Source: Phoronis australis
Taxonomy: Eukaryota; Animalia; Phoronida
Assembly: GCA_002633005.1 (NCBI GenBank)
Contig: NMRA01000247.1
Span: 458,350 to 522,349 of the forward strand
Direction: 5' to 3'
Length of the DNA: 64,000 nt
A program made the position numbers and the translations under genes. The notes under the pieces are model-generated. The model made no database searches, was not told the DNA's origin, and saw nothing but the letters and a program-made list of their open reading frames with translations. This document shows positions 23,123 to 37,865 of this stretch, one piece after another (the first letter of the stretch is position 1; each line of letters opens with the position of its first letter).

Positions 23123-26100
23123 CTGAAATGAATTCAGAAAATGTCTTCAAAATCAGTATACGAATATTTAGTGTTCACTCAAGGCTGCGTTTTTGCGTCA
23201 TTTGACGCAATAAAGTTAGAGAACATGCGTTGTATAAAACCGATGAAAAACAAATTTTAAAGTTTGGTGCACTTTTTCGCTACCTGTGTGACAATGAAAT
23301 GGACTCCATGCACTTTTGGAATGTGGACTCCAATGTTTGAAAGTGAAAGATTAACACTGTATATAATGTGTCACAAGCTTGAAACTTAAATGTGAACCAA
23401 GTACACACAGTACGGATTCTTGAGGAAAATAAGCATAAAATAATTTCCAAAACTACAAAATTTTATTCTATCAAAAGAAAATTTAAAGACATTTAACTGG
23501 TAGATCGTATTAAGTGGCACTCATTATTTTAAAATTTGCCTATAGAGGGAATGAAAATCCTAACTGACAGATTACATAAATTCACCTGAACAATGGCAAG
23601 TTTCCTCTCAAATGCGGATCTGCACCATATCTTGGTACGACTAAAAATTGGCAGCTTCCTGTCATTTTAGGGTTATTAGGAAGTTGTCCTATGCTTCGAA
23701 AATTGTGGTCGCCTAACTCGCAACACTCAAGTTCAATTAGTGCCATAACAAAGAGATGAGCTCAAAAACGTAAACTGTCATCAAGAAGAAAAGCAATTTC
23801 AGAATTAGTTTGTAAATCAGCAGTTATACCGCCTAATCCTTGGCTGATAGGAACATTCTGCTAAATTTCACAGAGAACCATCAAAGAACTTGAAGTAAAT
23901 GCAAAACAATAGCCAAAAGGGGGCGCAAAAGTAGTTGGATCAATTTGAAAACTGATCTCCATGAAATTTCTTATTCATTAACTTAACAACTTTCAATGCC
24001 ATTTTCAAGGGATTTGGCAGAAAATCAAGAAAAAAATTAAACAAAAACTTAAACTAAGTAGCAAAAGTGTGAGTTATGAGGAAATAAATAAAATGCAAAG
24101 AATAAATAGACCATGGGATGTCTATCGTGTTTCAGATGAAATTGGGGTATTTTGACACAAAGATGCATTTACAGCGGATGTGTTGCCACAATTGCAGATT
24201 TCTGCAAGGATTAAGCAAGAAAATATCACTTAAGAATATTATGTAAATGTAACATTTTTTTTTCCCCAGATGGCATTGCCATCTAAAATCCCTCATGGTG
24301 GTCACTCGGATATCTCCATATCACATTTCAAAGTGAAACATATACTCTAAAACACTGTCACAGTGTATGAGAAATATTCAGTTGTCCATGGAGCATACTA
24401 GTACCTTATGTAATTGCTGACATTGTTTACTTCTGTACCAACAGATTCTCTGCAGGGGGAGGGGGGAATTTAACTGCACAGGGTGCTTTATCCGAACCCG
24501 CACCACTGCAGATAAGGGATGCGTTCGTTCGTTTACTGGACCTGGATGCCAAAATGGAAAATTGCAAAAAAATCCATGGAAGGCACTTAGCCACACATGG
24601 GCACTTAAGTTGCTTAAAAATGGCACTTAAGATATTTTCTGTTCTGTATCAGGCTCATACTGTACATGCTCCAAAAATAGTTGGTCCTCTCTTAAATCAA
24701 GCACACAGCTCTGTGTCCACTAGGGTACCTCTGAAAAATCCAGTCAGCCCAAACCCATCACCAATTGCAGTCTATTGGACAAAGTTTAACCTATCTCTGC
24801 AAATGCTCAAGGCACTTATGGTGAGGTAATTCGCATCAGGTTAGTTTACAACAAGAAGAGAGATGAAGGCTGTGCCTAGACGCCAAGGCAACACACTGTA
24901 GGAGTTGTGTTCTTCATTAGTTGGCCAAATTAGACACACATTGACGTGAAGTGTTTATTACATCAATTGAAATCAAATAAATTGAGATCACAAATAAATA
25001 CAAATCAAGATTCTAATGACATAATGAAAAAAACATTCACTGCCTGCAATCGGGGCATACCCCAGGACAGAGATGTTGATACAGCCCAGATGTAGGGTAG
25101 TGCTATGTTGAATTAGAGCATTGCTAAGATCTTTGTACAAGTCTAGTCAATTGACACATTTCAGATTAGGCCGGTTGCTACTTAATTCGCTAATGAAAAG
25201 ATGATGGCCACTGCATGAGGATATTTATAGTTATTTTACAACAGAAAAAGACTAGAGCAGTCTAAAAGCTGTGTATTTTACCAACACTTAGATAAATAGC
25301 ATCAGCTTTTTTGACTTTTTATTTGAAGTTTTAAGGTTAATTTTCTTTAAAACTTCATGAAACAAATCATATGGCAAACCAGTTTCTGGCTATTGTTACA
25401 ATATTATCCAACCCTACGACTACCGCACTTTCTAACTTTTAAATTTCACGTTTTTTCACCAGACACCGGTGAATAGCTAAATAAAGTAATTCGAAGTTGT
25501 AACTGCAAAACAGGGAAACACAAAGCATTTTCATTATTTGTTTCCAAAGAGCTACAAGTCATCACCTTAAAAAGTGAACTAACAACCTAAGATAAATTGT
25601 TAATAGAAACACAAACAAAATATTGCAGTTACCATGTTACCATAAGCATAGTGTAAAACTGTGTCAAGTGAATTAAACATTATATAAACACTTTTGTTTA
25701 TCAACCTCCATTACTAATGTAAATAGTTATATCTCACATTCTTGTGTCTCCAACTTGTTTATTAATGTCAATAATTTTGATACATACGATAGATCACAGC
25801 AGGAACCCATCACCCTGCAGACAATCACATGATAATGGAGATAAACTTGGGAAAACAACCAGGGACTTCTTGAAATATGCTGACAAATAAAAACATTAAA
25901 GTGCTGAGTGATGGCCAAATGTTTATACTCACTTGAAATTCTGTAATTGTGGAAACTGCAAGCAAACTTGGGCAGATGGTGGATTCATGATAGTGTTTAA
26001 ATGGAGATGCCATTAATAACAAAACTAAAGCAATGTCTCCTAAGTATGTATGTTACCTGAGACGTTTGGGAAAACATGATAAATGAAACTGAGATGAAAA

Positions 26101-26706
26101 ATAAACAGTGGGTGAATATGCTTATAAATACACAACACTGTACCTAAACCATAAAATAAAGAAAAAACAAGTTGAAACTATTTCTGATAAAATGATTACA
26201 AGTGGCATTAGTGGTTGATGGGGTTCAGGTGAGGGCTCATGGGGGCTAATTGCTTATAATGATGACTATTGGGTGACAATCAGTAGTGCCAAGCCACAGG
26301 ACTTAGAGAAAGTCTTCAAAAGGAAGACTATCACTCTTCCTTTGGGAGATCAAGGCAAATTTTGTTTTTGATAAGGTGCAGAAGTCAGGCACCTACGTAC
26401 ATTGCAATAATAGGCAAGAGCAGTTAAAATCTTTTGACATGGGCCTTCCTGGATACAAACCTAGCTACAGTTTGGTCACCGACTATGGAACTTGCACTGC
26501 AGATTTGGTGCTTGCTGGTCCAGACTGGGTTTTAGAGCATTGTGCAGTAATGTTTCCACTCTCTGATGCAACAATGAGCAATGATCAAGCACAGCTAAAT
26601 ATGGATTCAGGATCACCACTAGAGGGAGCAAGAGTATTTACAATACTTGGACTTTAGGATATAGACGAGAGATGACCCGAAATTTAGGTGAGAAAGAATT
26701 TCTCTT

Positions 26707-27155
26707 TTAAGGTTATGTAGGACCTACAGAAAACCTCCAAATTTGGCTGATTTCAATTCATCATACAGCTCTTCACAAACAATGTTAGGAATTGTTTTCA
26801 CAATGTTCCTTTTTGCATGAGGAGCTTTGAAAATGAGACTTACGGTATGTGATTTTCAGGAAAAAATTTAAGTCGCAAAAAACAAAAACAAATGATGAAT
26901 TAGAACACTGAAACAGAATTTATGAGACATTATCGAGAACATTTATATCACAAAAAATTTGGTTTTGTAATTGATACTGTTGTTTTGCTTTCAAGTTGCC
27001 TTCCTTTTATGCTAAATAGACACGGTCATGTGACCTAGTGAACGACAGGTTGGCTAAAAATAAAAAAAACAATTCTACGAGCTTTCTAATTTCCGAAAAC
27101 ACATTCCTTATTTTGTTAAAACCTACATATTTGTAAATATTTGGCCATATACACA
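26707..27155 (+). mobile_element. MITE family A copy, right end truncated
   Basis: TTAAGGTTATGTAGGACC left end; shared TTGATACTGTTGTTTTG and GGTCATGTGACC blocks. Confidence 0.65.
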
Positions 27156-27989
27156 GACTAGTTGACACGGTTTTTCACAACAATAAAATGAATGCTCCCA
27201 AAGGGGTTCTATCTGCAGTCTTGAGTAATTGACATAACGTTAACGTTCTACCCCCTCTGATGACGGCACCCACATCTGTACATGTTGTGGGCGCATAAAA
27301 ATGAAAAACTTGAAACCTGATCTCAGAAGGAGCAAAACCAAATTCCACTGAAGTTTTATAACTGCAGGCAGAATTTGGTCTATCTCTGGTTCCACTTTTC
27401 TTGATAACAAGCTGTTGGACAGTTTGATTAAAATATCTGGTATCAATTTAGGGTTTATTTCAGTGGGATAGGATCTGCCTTAATAATCACGCTCATACCA
27501 GTGGTTGTGACCAAGTTATGACGCAGAATTGAATATTGGCAGAGTTTGGGGTGGGGGGGGTTTACCCTGTCTTGAGTCAACACCTTGAAATAACTATGGA
27601 AGTGAACATAAAGACTACCTGATAACTGAATACCATTTCATAATGACTAATAATCAAAGTAACAATTTGATAAGACTTGGTACTTGTGGGAAAAGATCAG
27701 TTCTGAGCAGACGATGTGTCAGAAGGCGCTAGTGACTAATTTTTACTGAAAATAATGTATGTACGTAAAGAAACAAGTTTTGTCGTTCAGAAAGCCTAGT
27801 TGCTGTGTCAAAGTGTGTGCAGATGGCAATTGATCCCCTAGGGTCTGTTTCATGTGTGACTTCAGACTTAGAATTTTTTTCCTATGCTCCCACTTTTCAA
27901 TTGTTGAAAAAATGTTTAGTCAAGTAGTTACCAGTGCATCACAGTCTAGAAATAGTTTATAAAAATTTTCTCAATATCTCGCAGTTATG

Positions 27990-28083
27990 TGTTTGTTTTA
28001 AGAGACTTTGAATTTTTGCTCAAGTGAGATTTAATCATTTTTCTGAAATATTTGTGTGGTGTGTAAGACCAAATTTTTGAATT
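27990..28083 (+). repeat. Interspersed repeat family C (other copies at about 9545-9635 and 34610-34680)
   Basis: Shared TTTTTGCTCAAGTGAGRTTTAATYATT...TGTGGWG...AARACCAAA block. Confidence 0.6.
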
Positions 28084-28551
28084 GGGTAATGTAGGATCCC
28101 CAGAAAAATGTTGAACTTTGGCTAACTTCAGAACATATCTCAGAAATGGGTGAATGAATTGTATGAAACTCCTAAATACAATGCCTTACACAGTGTTCTC
28201 CAAAACGCCTTAGGAATTGTTTTCGTAGTGTTCCACTTTTTCATGAGGGGTTATCAAAAATAAGGCATTTATGACATTCACGAAAAACTCTTTAAGTTGT
28301 ATAAGATAGAAATGAAATCATATTTTAGAAAAGCATAAGTGTTTTGCGATCTCATCTTGAACAAGATTTGGTCATTTTGTTGATACTAAAAAGACATGGT
28401 CACATGGCCCAATTAATGGCAGACTGGTAAAAAAAAAACAGAAATCAAATTATACAATTTTTCTACTTTCAGAAAATACATACAGTTACTGACTTAAAAT
28501 CCATAGTTCTGTAGATGTTGGACTTGCCAATCAGGTCCTACATAAACCTTA
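28084..28551 (+). mobile_element. MITE family A copy
   Basis: GGTAATGTAGGATCC...GGTCCTACATAAACCTTA ends; internal blocks shared with 41264-41786. Confidence 0.65.
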
Positions 28552-31500
28552 GAAGCCTTAGACTTGACAGTCATTGAAACAGATCCACAGAACAGCTGGA
28601 GGCTTTAGCATGCTTATCTGGCCCAAATGCGGGTGATCACCTTGAATTATAACAATGGAGTTCTGCAGCACAGCCTTACACTGTCCTTTTCAGGAAGTCT
28701 TTGCACTCCATTGGAAACAATAATTGTTATTATAAAAGTATGGTCAATGAGCCTAAACAAATCCATGGGTCTACATATCAGAGGGATATCAGAAATTCTC
28801 AGTAAGGGTTGCTCTGTTTTCAGGCTATGTTTAGCTTCATTGGCAAGTCTGTAGATTTAGTCAATTATCTACAAAACTATAGAATCCAACCCAATGAAAC
28901 TATTCTAAATATTTTCTTAACAATACAAGCCTGCAGAATTTGACTTTTGTCTTTATACCAGCCTGTCATTAACTGGGTCTCATGACCCAAACTACTCCCA
29001 TCCAGTATTACCAAAAATAGAGGTATCAATAACAGGACCAAACTGATGACAATATACCTGAAAAAAGTTCAACTAAAGCAACAACACAAGGTAGCAACAG
29101 GATAACAATAACATTGTAACTGTCTAACACAGTTCAAAAGTACAAGGGAAGTTAACGGGTATTAACCCATTCTGCCAACCGATTCGATGATAAATGGTAT
29201 GTGTGGAGAATGTGTAAAAATGTGTAAAATCTCGTGAATTTTAGACACAATTTGGCCATCACCTGAAATTTTATTTTCTTACCTTTTAATAGAAAGTACA
29301 TAGCACAAAAGTAATGTTTTGCCATATTCAAGTTTTGTAGGATTTCTACAATCACACAAAATTTCGAAAAAGTCTGGGCACTTGCATAAATGTACTACAA
29401 CAATGGAAAACAAGAAAATGGCGTTTTTTGCAATTATTTTTGTCTGAAATTGGTGACCTTTTACTGTATTGCTTTCATGAGATTGGCTATTAAAAAATAA
29501 CCCTATTAATATAATTTCTCCACCCATATTAAATGGGCAAGGTGATGCTGTCCCTAATGAAAATGACCTCAGCCAGTTTCAGGGTTGGGTTAAACAAACT
29601 AATCTACTGAACAACTGATACTGTGTCACACCCTCCAAAGCATTATTCTACAACACTAAGGAGATAGATGGTGTTGTGCCCTGGAGCGATCGTAAATGGT
29701 ATTTTGCTTGCAAAGTCAAACAGAACCAGTATGACCACAAAACTTTACTTGAGACATGACTTGAAAATTGAGCTATCGCATCACATATTTCGAGAAAACT
29801 TTGAAATTTCACACAATGTAATCGGTCAACTTCCAAGATGGTCTCGAATAAAGTTTTGGCAATGGGTCCAGGTTCAGACCCCAGTTGCATACAACACCTA
29901 GTGTCGATGAACGGAGTCAAGATGGCAGTTCGTCATCGAAAGGCTCTCTATTGTATCCTTTGATTTTAGCTGTGAGTATAGTTTGAACCTTGTTCCTATG
30001 TCGTTACCATTGTAACTTAGCTTTCATACTTGTAACAATTACTATATTTTAAACCAGCCTTAGAAAAATCAACATTTTGGTAACTATTTCTGTGAAATAA
30101 TAGACAAGAATCACCATGACAACGTTAGCATCACATTATTAATCATACCATTGTTACTGATGGTGTCATGCAATCGATAAAAGTCTGACTCCAAAAATAG
30201 GCATGGTGTTTGTAATATGAATTATCTTTTCATTCTGGGTACAATGTGAGTTTCATATTTTTTAGTTTCCAGTGTTTGTGACCAAATAAATTTTTGAGTA
30301 CAGGATGGATAGTTACAGGAAAGCACGTTGTTGAAAATGTAACAAATTCATGCTTACTTGTAAGTAGGATGTAACCTTCTTTCACTCACCATCATCAGAA
30401 AGCACTACAAATCTTTTCCATAATTAGTCAATTTTGAAGATAAGAAACCAAAGTCTAGACACTTAAAGAAGTACAAACTTTATAACTGAGCCCAACAAGA
30501 TAGATAATGAAGCTCTCATTCATAAAAGTGTTCAACCAACTAGATCATTAATCCACTTTAGGCAATGACATTCACCGGTTAAAAATTTCTTTTTGTTGGA
30601 AACAAGCCTGCTGTGTATAAGGTTGCTTTAACACATTCCAATTTCACTGCTGAAAATGACCTTTCTTTTAGAAATCTGCTTAAAACTCTATTTTTGCAAA
30701 TAATTCGCCTGAATCTCAAGTTACACCAAAGTGTGGGTGACTACATCACTGACTACAGGGCATGAGCCTTTTCTGGCAACATTATTTTATTAAATTTACT
30801 GATTAATGAAACCCAACCCATCCCAGGTCGAACAAACACCCCTGTCTTATTCAATTATTGAAATCACAGTCGACAACCTGCTAGGACAAAAACAAAACAC
30901 TTTTTGAAGACTGTAACTGTCAAATCATATTGCCGACAAGATTAACACAATTGCGCCCAATCACAGGAATCGTGGGTATTAACAGTATTTCTCCGCAAAC
31001 TGTCAAGTTCAATTTGACTTATAAAATTCCATAGCAGCCCATATCACCTCTGCAAGAGAACACAGGGCACATTAGTCTAGACATAAGGTACTTTAGATTA
31101 ATTCACTAGTTGGTCTTTAATCAAGAGTCACAGCCTGCCTGCCATGATGCCAACTGCACCATGGGACAAACAGCACATGAGAAAACGAAAAACCATGTGA
31201 ATTTAGCAAAAATATCAACTCAGAATCATCTCCCAATGGGGAAAATGCAACAAATTCTCACTGTTGTCATCAAAATGACCATTATTCCTTGCATAAGCAA
31301 TTTCATACCTTAAGGCATTCACTTCATGATCAACTGTATGTGACGGACAATTCTCAGTATCTGCACAACCCAAAATTGTGAATACTTTGTAGTGCCAATC
31401 ACAAACAGCAGTTGAATTAGAGTTAGAAGTTGAGCAAGTTAAAAATAATCATAAAAATGTAACGAAAAAATCATTCTTGAAAAAGCGGTTCTTCAGAGGT

Positions 31501-34500
31501 CAGGCTAAGTATGTATGTATAAGTTAGATCCGTTTATCTGTAGACAATGGACATTACCATTCGTTCATGTGAAGTACTTGATCCAAAATTTACACCAAAA
31601 TACTTCTCGAAACTCACAGTGGGAGAAATATCTCAGTGAGTTTCCAGAAATGTTTTGATGTATAACTTACGCTTCATTGATTATATCAGTGCATGGTTGC
31701 ATTGTGCAATTCTATTTGGATATCTCATGAAACTAGCGTCACAAAAAGGCAGTGAAAAGCGAAGCATTCTTGTATTAGCTTTAACAATGCAATCAGAGGG
31801 CTACTTGTATATCAATTTGCGTACACATAACTTTTTATGAAAAAACCTTTAATTAAGTACAGTCGAGAGACACTAGTCATTGCAAGAGGCTGCAACAGCA
31901 ATACCACTGCCGCAAGAGTTGCGAAGATTTGATAAAATCTGGCATCGCCTCATGAAACTTCATGCAGAGATGTCTAAAGTGGTTAGCATTTTTGTGGAAG
32001 CATTTAATTTTTTATGTGCGCACATTAACACAAATAAATCTGATCCCAGTATGCCCAATGGGGGCACAGTTTGATGAAGCGGACAGAAAGGAGAAATTAG
32101 CTGTTATTTTAGCCACTGCACCTGTTTGGTCATGTATTTGGTCGGGCTTGATTTCTCGCGGCCATAAAAATAATCTCTTCCGAGTTCAATATAGGAACTT
32201 TTTTACACTTGAACTTTGTCCATGGAGCTTTATTTAAGTAAATACACACAGAGGTTTTGATAGTAGGTTCACTAACACATGACCTAAAATATTTCAGAAA
32301 AAGGAAAGTAGTTTGTATTTCTGAAAATTTTTATTTTACATGCGATTTTCTCTGTGGTTGACATCTTTTCTTATATGAAACAAAATGCTCGTTTTTGATT
32401 GCATCTTTGTTTACAATATCTTGATTTTTACAATAAACATTTAAAAAATATTGATGTACCTAAAATAATTACTATAGCCACTGTTCTTTACAAGACCATA
32501 GAACAAATACATCATGTGTAGATATTCAGAATAAGAAATTAAATTGTGAATATGCAAATGAAGTACCTGTTTACAAACAACCCCGGGTCTTGTGCTGCAA
32601 ACCATTCAATGAAACAAGGCACAGATTTTATAATTTGTTTATTTCACAGTCAAATATCGATTGAGTACTATTTGGAATTATTAGGTTTTTTATATGTTAA
32701 CACTTGTTTTTAAATGTATCGGTTGTGATGTTTTCTTTAAAACCACAATTTATTTACATATTGTTTCTTTTCCTGATTATACTTGTACACGCAGTTCTCC
32801 AGCAAGTTACTAGGTAGCGCTTGATACAAATTTGAATATTCACGGTTTTAATGAGACAGCATCTTTAACATGTATAAATTTAAATCACAGAGAAGAGGCC
32901 AGGGCTTTTTATTTTCTTGTGGAAATAAGAATCAACAATTGAGAAATCAGACCCAGAGGTCAATGATTTCTTGGCCATGCAATACTCTGAGGCAATGAAG
33001 ATGGCTAAATCAACTTAACACAAAGTAGCCACAAAAATAAATCTTACACCATTAACTTAGGCCATCACCAGAGAAGATATAAGGGTCATCTGGAAATGGC
33101 CATGTGTATTGGACTGCCAACTGTATCTGGTATTAGCAACTAATTTTATACAGGTTACATAATCAATTTAAAGGCTGTAATTTTGTAAATAAATTCTCAA
33201 GCAACAACATTAACTCATTAGTTTATTAAGTCAGGGAGGATCCAAGAACAGGCGATTTATTGAGTCGGCACAAATAAATTGGTCCGGCTATGACTCTAAC
33301 ATTCCCATTTCTTCATCTGGTGATGGTACATTGACCTGTCAGACACAGTGATTACATTTTGGAAGACTGTTGTCTGCATGTGGTTAACAAGTCAACATAT
33401 AACTCACAATCCCAGCTAAATGTCACAAAACATATCTAAGAAATTTGCAAAATATAAACAAATAGCAATTCCACCACTGGTAAAGATATGTGATAATAGT
33501 AAAAGAACAGTGAAAGCCTTGATAGCACGATTTATTGTTTGCCATTGCATTTTCAATGAAATTCTTTTATGTTAACCTTATTGTAAAAGCTACTGACAGG
33601 ATGACAAGTCAAAAACGTGGCAATGCTGTATTCAATAAAATGAATATTTCATATGTTAGAGAGTTATAATTCATAAACAATGACATCTCCATACCAGGTA
33701 CCAGTTTAAATTTTGAAATGGCAAAATTAAGAGGATAAATGTTTAAACTGATCAGATGATATGTGTCTATAAGTATTTGTAATACAAACATTTTTTGCGT
33801 AGGCCGCTTACGTCGGCCCATAGCACTGATCACCTAGAATCATTTTATCCTTTATTAATATATAGCTAAAACCAAAGACAAAGATTCAAACAAAATTTAA
33901 AAGATGAGACACCCCAGTACAGTATGATGAAGGAATTCAGATTATAGCTACAGCTACCCTCTTCCTAGTCAGATAGTCAAGAACAGTGGGAGAGCTAAAT
34001 TTTGTAGAAAATTTGATGAAAATGTTTATCACGGCTGAATTAAGCATGATCGGAATGTGGAGCTGCATCAGACAGGCTTTGTCTCATGACATTATCTTGC
34101 ATGGAATGGCTATTAATCTAAATAAGGATCTTTTGTTTTTACAGGGATTGTTATAACAGTCAGCAGGCAGTGTGAGCACTCCCTCCTAAAGAGCACTCCA
34201 TCAGTTACAGTTTCTGAGGCCTGTTCCATTTACAAGTTCTAACTTAATGATATTTTTATACACAGAGTGGAACAGTCGTAACTTTAGTCATAAGTCTCCT
34301 CCGTTTAGTCTCCACGTAATAAGACATTGGAAAGCTATGACATTTAGCAAAATACGTTCCTGGTGTAGGCCTGGTCAGCATTCTTTAGACACATAAGTCT
34401 TGAGAAATAATGCATAAGTTGGTGAGACATCGCCATGCAATACAAGCACAGCACCTGTTTACGATGACTTAGGCAGTAATTTTGTCTTCACAAATGCTGA

Positions 34501-36819
34501 AAATAGTTTAGCCAAATAATTACGAATGCCTCACAGTAAAGAAATAAGTTATAGAAATAGTTCCAGTAATTTCCAGTTTTGTGTTTTTCCATCAGAAACT
34601 GCACTTTACCTTTAAGTGAGATTTCATTATTTTTCAGAAATACTTCTGTGGAGTGTTAAGACCAAATTATGGAGTCTTCGGTCACTTTTCATGAAACGAG
34701 CAGTAACAAAATAAGTAACTACAAAGATAACTGGACATTTGAAAGGAACATTTTTTGACATCCAATATCTTGTTTCAGTATCTAATGAAAACTGCTAAGT
34801 TTATAAAAATGTTGAATTAGCTATTACTAAAGCTGATGAATGTGGCAAGTGTTACATCTCAGTAACTCAATGTAACAGTTAGATAAGTTTTCAGAACAGT
34901 GCAAATACTTGTCAAGCTACAAAATGACCCAGCACAAAAGACCAGTTCTTCCTGGATGTTGTGTAGCCATTTGGTCATGCCTGAATGAAATCATGCCAGC
35001 CATTTATCAAATCTTGGCCACTGTTTGTGTCAACAGACAGCTCAGGAGTCAGAAATGTTCGAGAGAAAATTAAGTAAATATTTGGCATGATTCAGCCCTT
35101 GTTGTTTGGCAAGAAGTCATCAGACTTGGTGATCTTGACTATGATAGGGGGGACAACAATACTCCCAACAATTATAACTTTATTAGTATTTTTCCATTCA
35201 AATGTAACTAGTGGTACAATTACAATTATAATTAATACTTATAATTATCAATATGTCCTTATGTCCTTATAAAATGACAAGTGAACTGTTGTAAGTGACC
35301 TCATGAACAAATACACAAGGGTTTTAATTGGTCACATTGTATAAAGAAAAGGGCTTTTGTTAGAATTTTCTGAACTCAGTGTTTGAATCAATGAATCAAA
35401 AAGTAGTAGCAAGTCTGAATACAGTTCTTTACAAATGAAACACCGTTCAAAACTGAGAAATATTTTCGAAGAGCAATGAATCTGGGGTTCTCCATATCAA
35501 AACAAATTTCAAATATAAAGGGCCGTTCCCAAAAGTGAGCCTGGAATTTTCTTTGAAAGACGGTAAAAAAGTCTTGGCAACTGGTTTGCTCAAGGAATCA
35601 GGTCATTTTCTGTGAAGCTAAATTTTTGTATCAATCTTGGATCAAAACCAGATACAGTTGTAACGCGATCCAGATTTAGGTTTAAGTAGACAGTTGCCTC
35701 ACCGCAAAACAAGGCAGTGATACAGAAAACAAGATGTTCCTGCAAATTTAACAAAAAGCTACCGATGTAACAACAAACAGAGATCACATGACTCGACAGA
35801 GATCACATGACTGGGGCTGGAAGCAGAATGTTTAAATGCACACAACCCTCAAGGATGACAGAATTTCTAGGGTTTGAAAAAGACTACCGTAAAATCTCCC
35901 CAATTTCATACAAAGTGCTTCTTACATACCGGTAGTTGTGAATGTCTACAATTTTTCGAAAACTTTGCTTGATGGTAGTTGTGTTACCAATCTTGAAGAT
36001 GGAAAATCATGAAAACCCGAGACTGATGCCGCTTATTGAGTGGAGAAAACTGGTTCTCAAATTGCGGTGACCTCTGTAGGCTGTAAGAGATCTTAACCAA
36101 AAAATGATGAAATCAGTTTTACTAGATGAAAAGAAATTTCTCCAAATCTGTTGTTTTGTCATGAAATTTGTTTTTTGTTTGTTTCTTAATTTGCACGCTG
36201 CAGGGCGCATCAGCTGAAAGTGGAATCGACAAATCATACGTGCCTCATGAATGGCTTGAAGCCTATTGTTTTTGATTAAAATTGGGCGCAAGATGGTGCT
36301 GTGGAAGTCATTTTTCACATTTCTGGTTTGCACAGAGCCGTAGCTCTGCTGTTTGCTGTTTCTAGTGGGGTATTTTCTGATTTTTTTCTGTGGATAGATC
36401 ATTTCAAAGGCTATCAGAAATGTTCCATTTGTTTTCCGCTCAGGCTTACATTCTCAAGTCATTCAAGATTTTCCAATGACTGGTCTCCAATTGAGTTTTT
36501 GTGCTGTATCTTCGGCATCCCTTGATGGATCTCTCTGAGATTTGGTGTTTGAATAGATCTTTTTAAGCGCTTCAGCATTGCAAAACCCGTTTCATGCTAC
36601 GACTTACTGTTCTCACAATATTCAAGATTTACAGCCTAGATGACTGTTATTTTATGACTATATATTTCCCTTTCATTTTTCACCCATATTGTGTCTTAAA
36701 TTGATGACGTTTTGCTATAGGATTATTTACTCCTCAGAAACAATCAGACCATGCCTTTATTTCTTATCACATTAAGACAAGAACTAGATCAAGGAACTGT
36801 TGTTTTCAAATATATAGAA

Positions 36820-37865
36820 GAGCAATGCGGGTGTTGAAATGCGCCCATGACTGCATCGGAAACCGTGTTGCTACTAGGGGTGATTATTTGTATCATAAAA
36901 ATCATGGCCATTAAATAGCACAGAATACATTGAACCCATCTGAAAATGGAAAGGTGTCGTTTCTCAAAACTATTTGCTAAATTTCATGAAAATCCATCAA
37001 AGAACTCCAAAGATACAAAGGCAAACATAAAAAAACAAACTGCCATTAGGAGCCACAGAGTGGTAGTGGAATCTGTCCATCTGCTGCCTTGCCAAGTTAA
37101 TAGGAATACTATTGCAAAATTTTAAAAACATCTTGCAAGGGGTTTAAGAGATACAGCCGTAGATGCAAAAAATGTGACAGGGGAGCACCACAGTAATGGG
37201 CCCATCTGAAAACCCATGCCAGTCATACTCTTGTCAGTAGGAGCACATCTGCCAAATTTCATAATTATCCTCTGAGCTGCTTGGCAGATACAGAAGCAGA
37301 TGTCATAAAAGACTAAAAAGTAATTGGCCACTAGTTGGTACAGAATACGCCAAATCCATTACAAAAAGGAAAGGTGCAGTTGTCTTTATAATAGCATCAA
37401 GGAATTCTCAAGTTAAAGATGCAAAGGTAAAAAAATGCCACTAAGGAGCACAGCTGTAGTTCAAAAAACTTAGTCCATAGTTTTTAAAATGGCACAGAAA
37501 ACATCAAATCCATCCGAAAATGGGAAGGCATCATCGTCTCCTAATAGGAACTTATTTGCAAACTTTTATGATAACAAATACTGCCGCCTTACGTCAAATC
37601 CATCTGAAAACAGGAACTTGTCATTGTCTCTTTAATAGAAACCTATTTATTAAATTTCATAAAATTCCGTCAAGGAGTTTCAAAGATACAGAGGACGATA
37701 AAAAATATAAAACTGCTACTTGGGGGGAGGGGGNCTTGATCTCAATACACTTGCCAAATTTAATTTAATAAAGTTCCTACAGAGGGTTTGGGAGATACAG
37801 CCTGTTTACATTTACACCCACATATATTCAGAATGCCCACTCTTCCGCAATTCGTAGTTGGAAAT
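36820..37865 (+). mobile_element. Non-autonomous element with diverged internal tandem subrepeats (Helentron/HINE-like by architecture)
   Basis: Recurring AAATTTCAT(G/A)AAA..CC...AGATACA and CAAATCCATCTGAAAA.GG units about 4 times each. Contains an N at 37734. Classification is inference. Confidence 0.5.

Noticed and set aside
26130-29075. AG|GT recursive-splice-like sites at about 26143 and 29057
   Set aside because: The regenerated donors (GTACAG, GTATAT) are weak and such sites are expected by chance in 38 kb.
29162-29593. piggyBac-like TTAACCC...GGGTTAA boundaries
   Set aside because: Only 8 bp of inverted match; insufficient to call termini.
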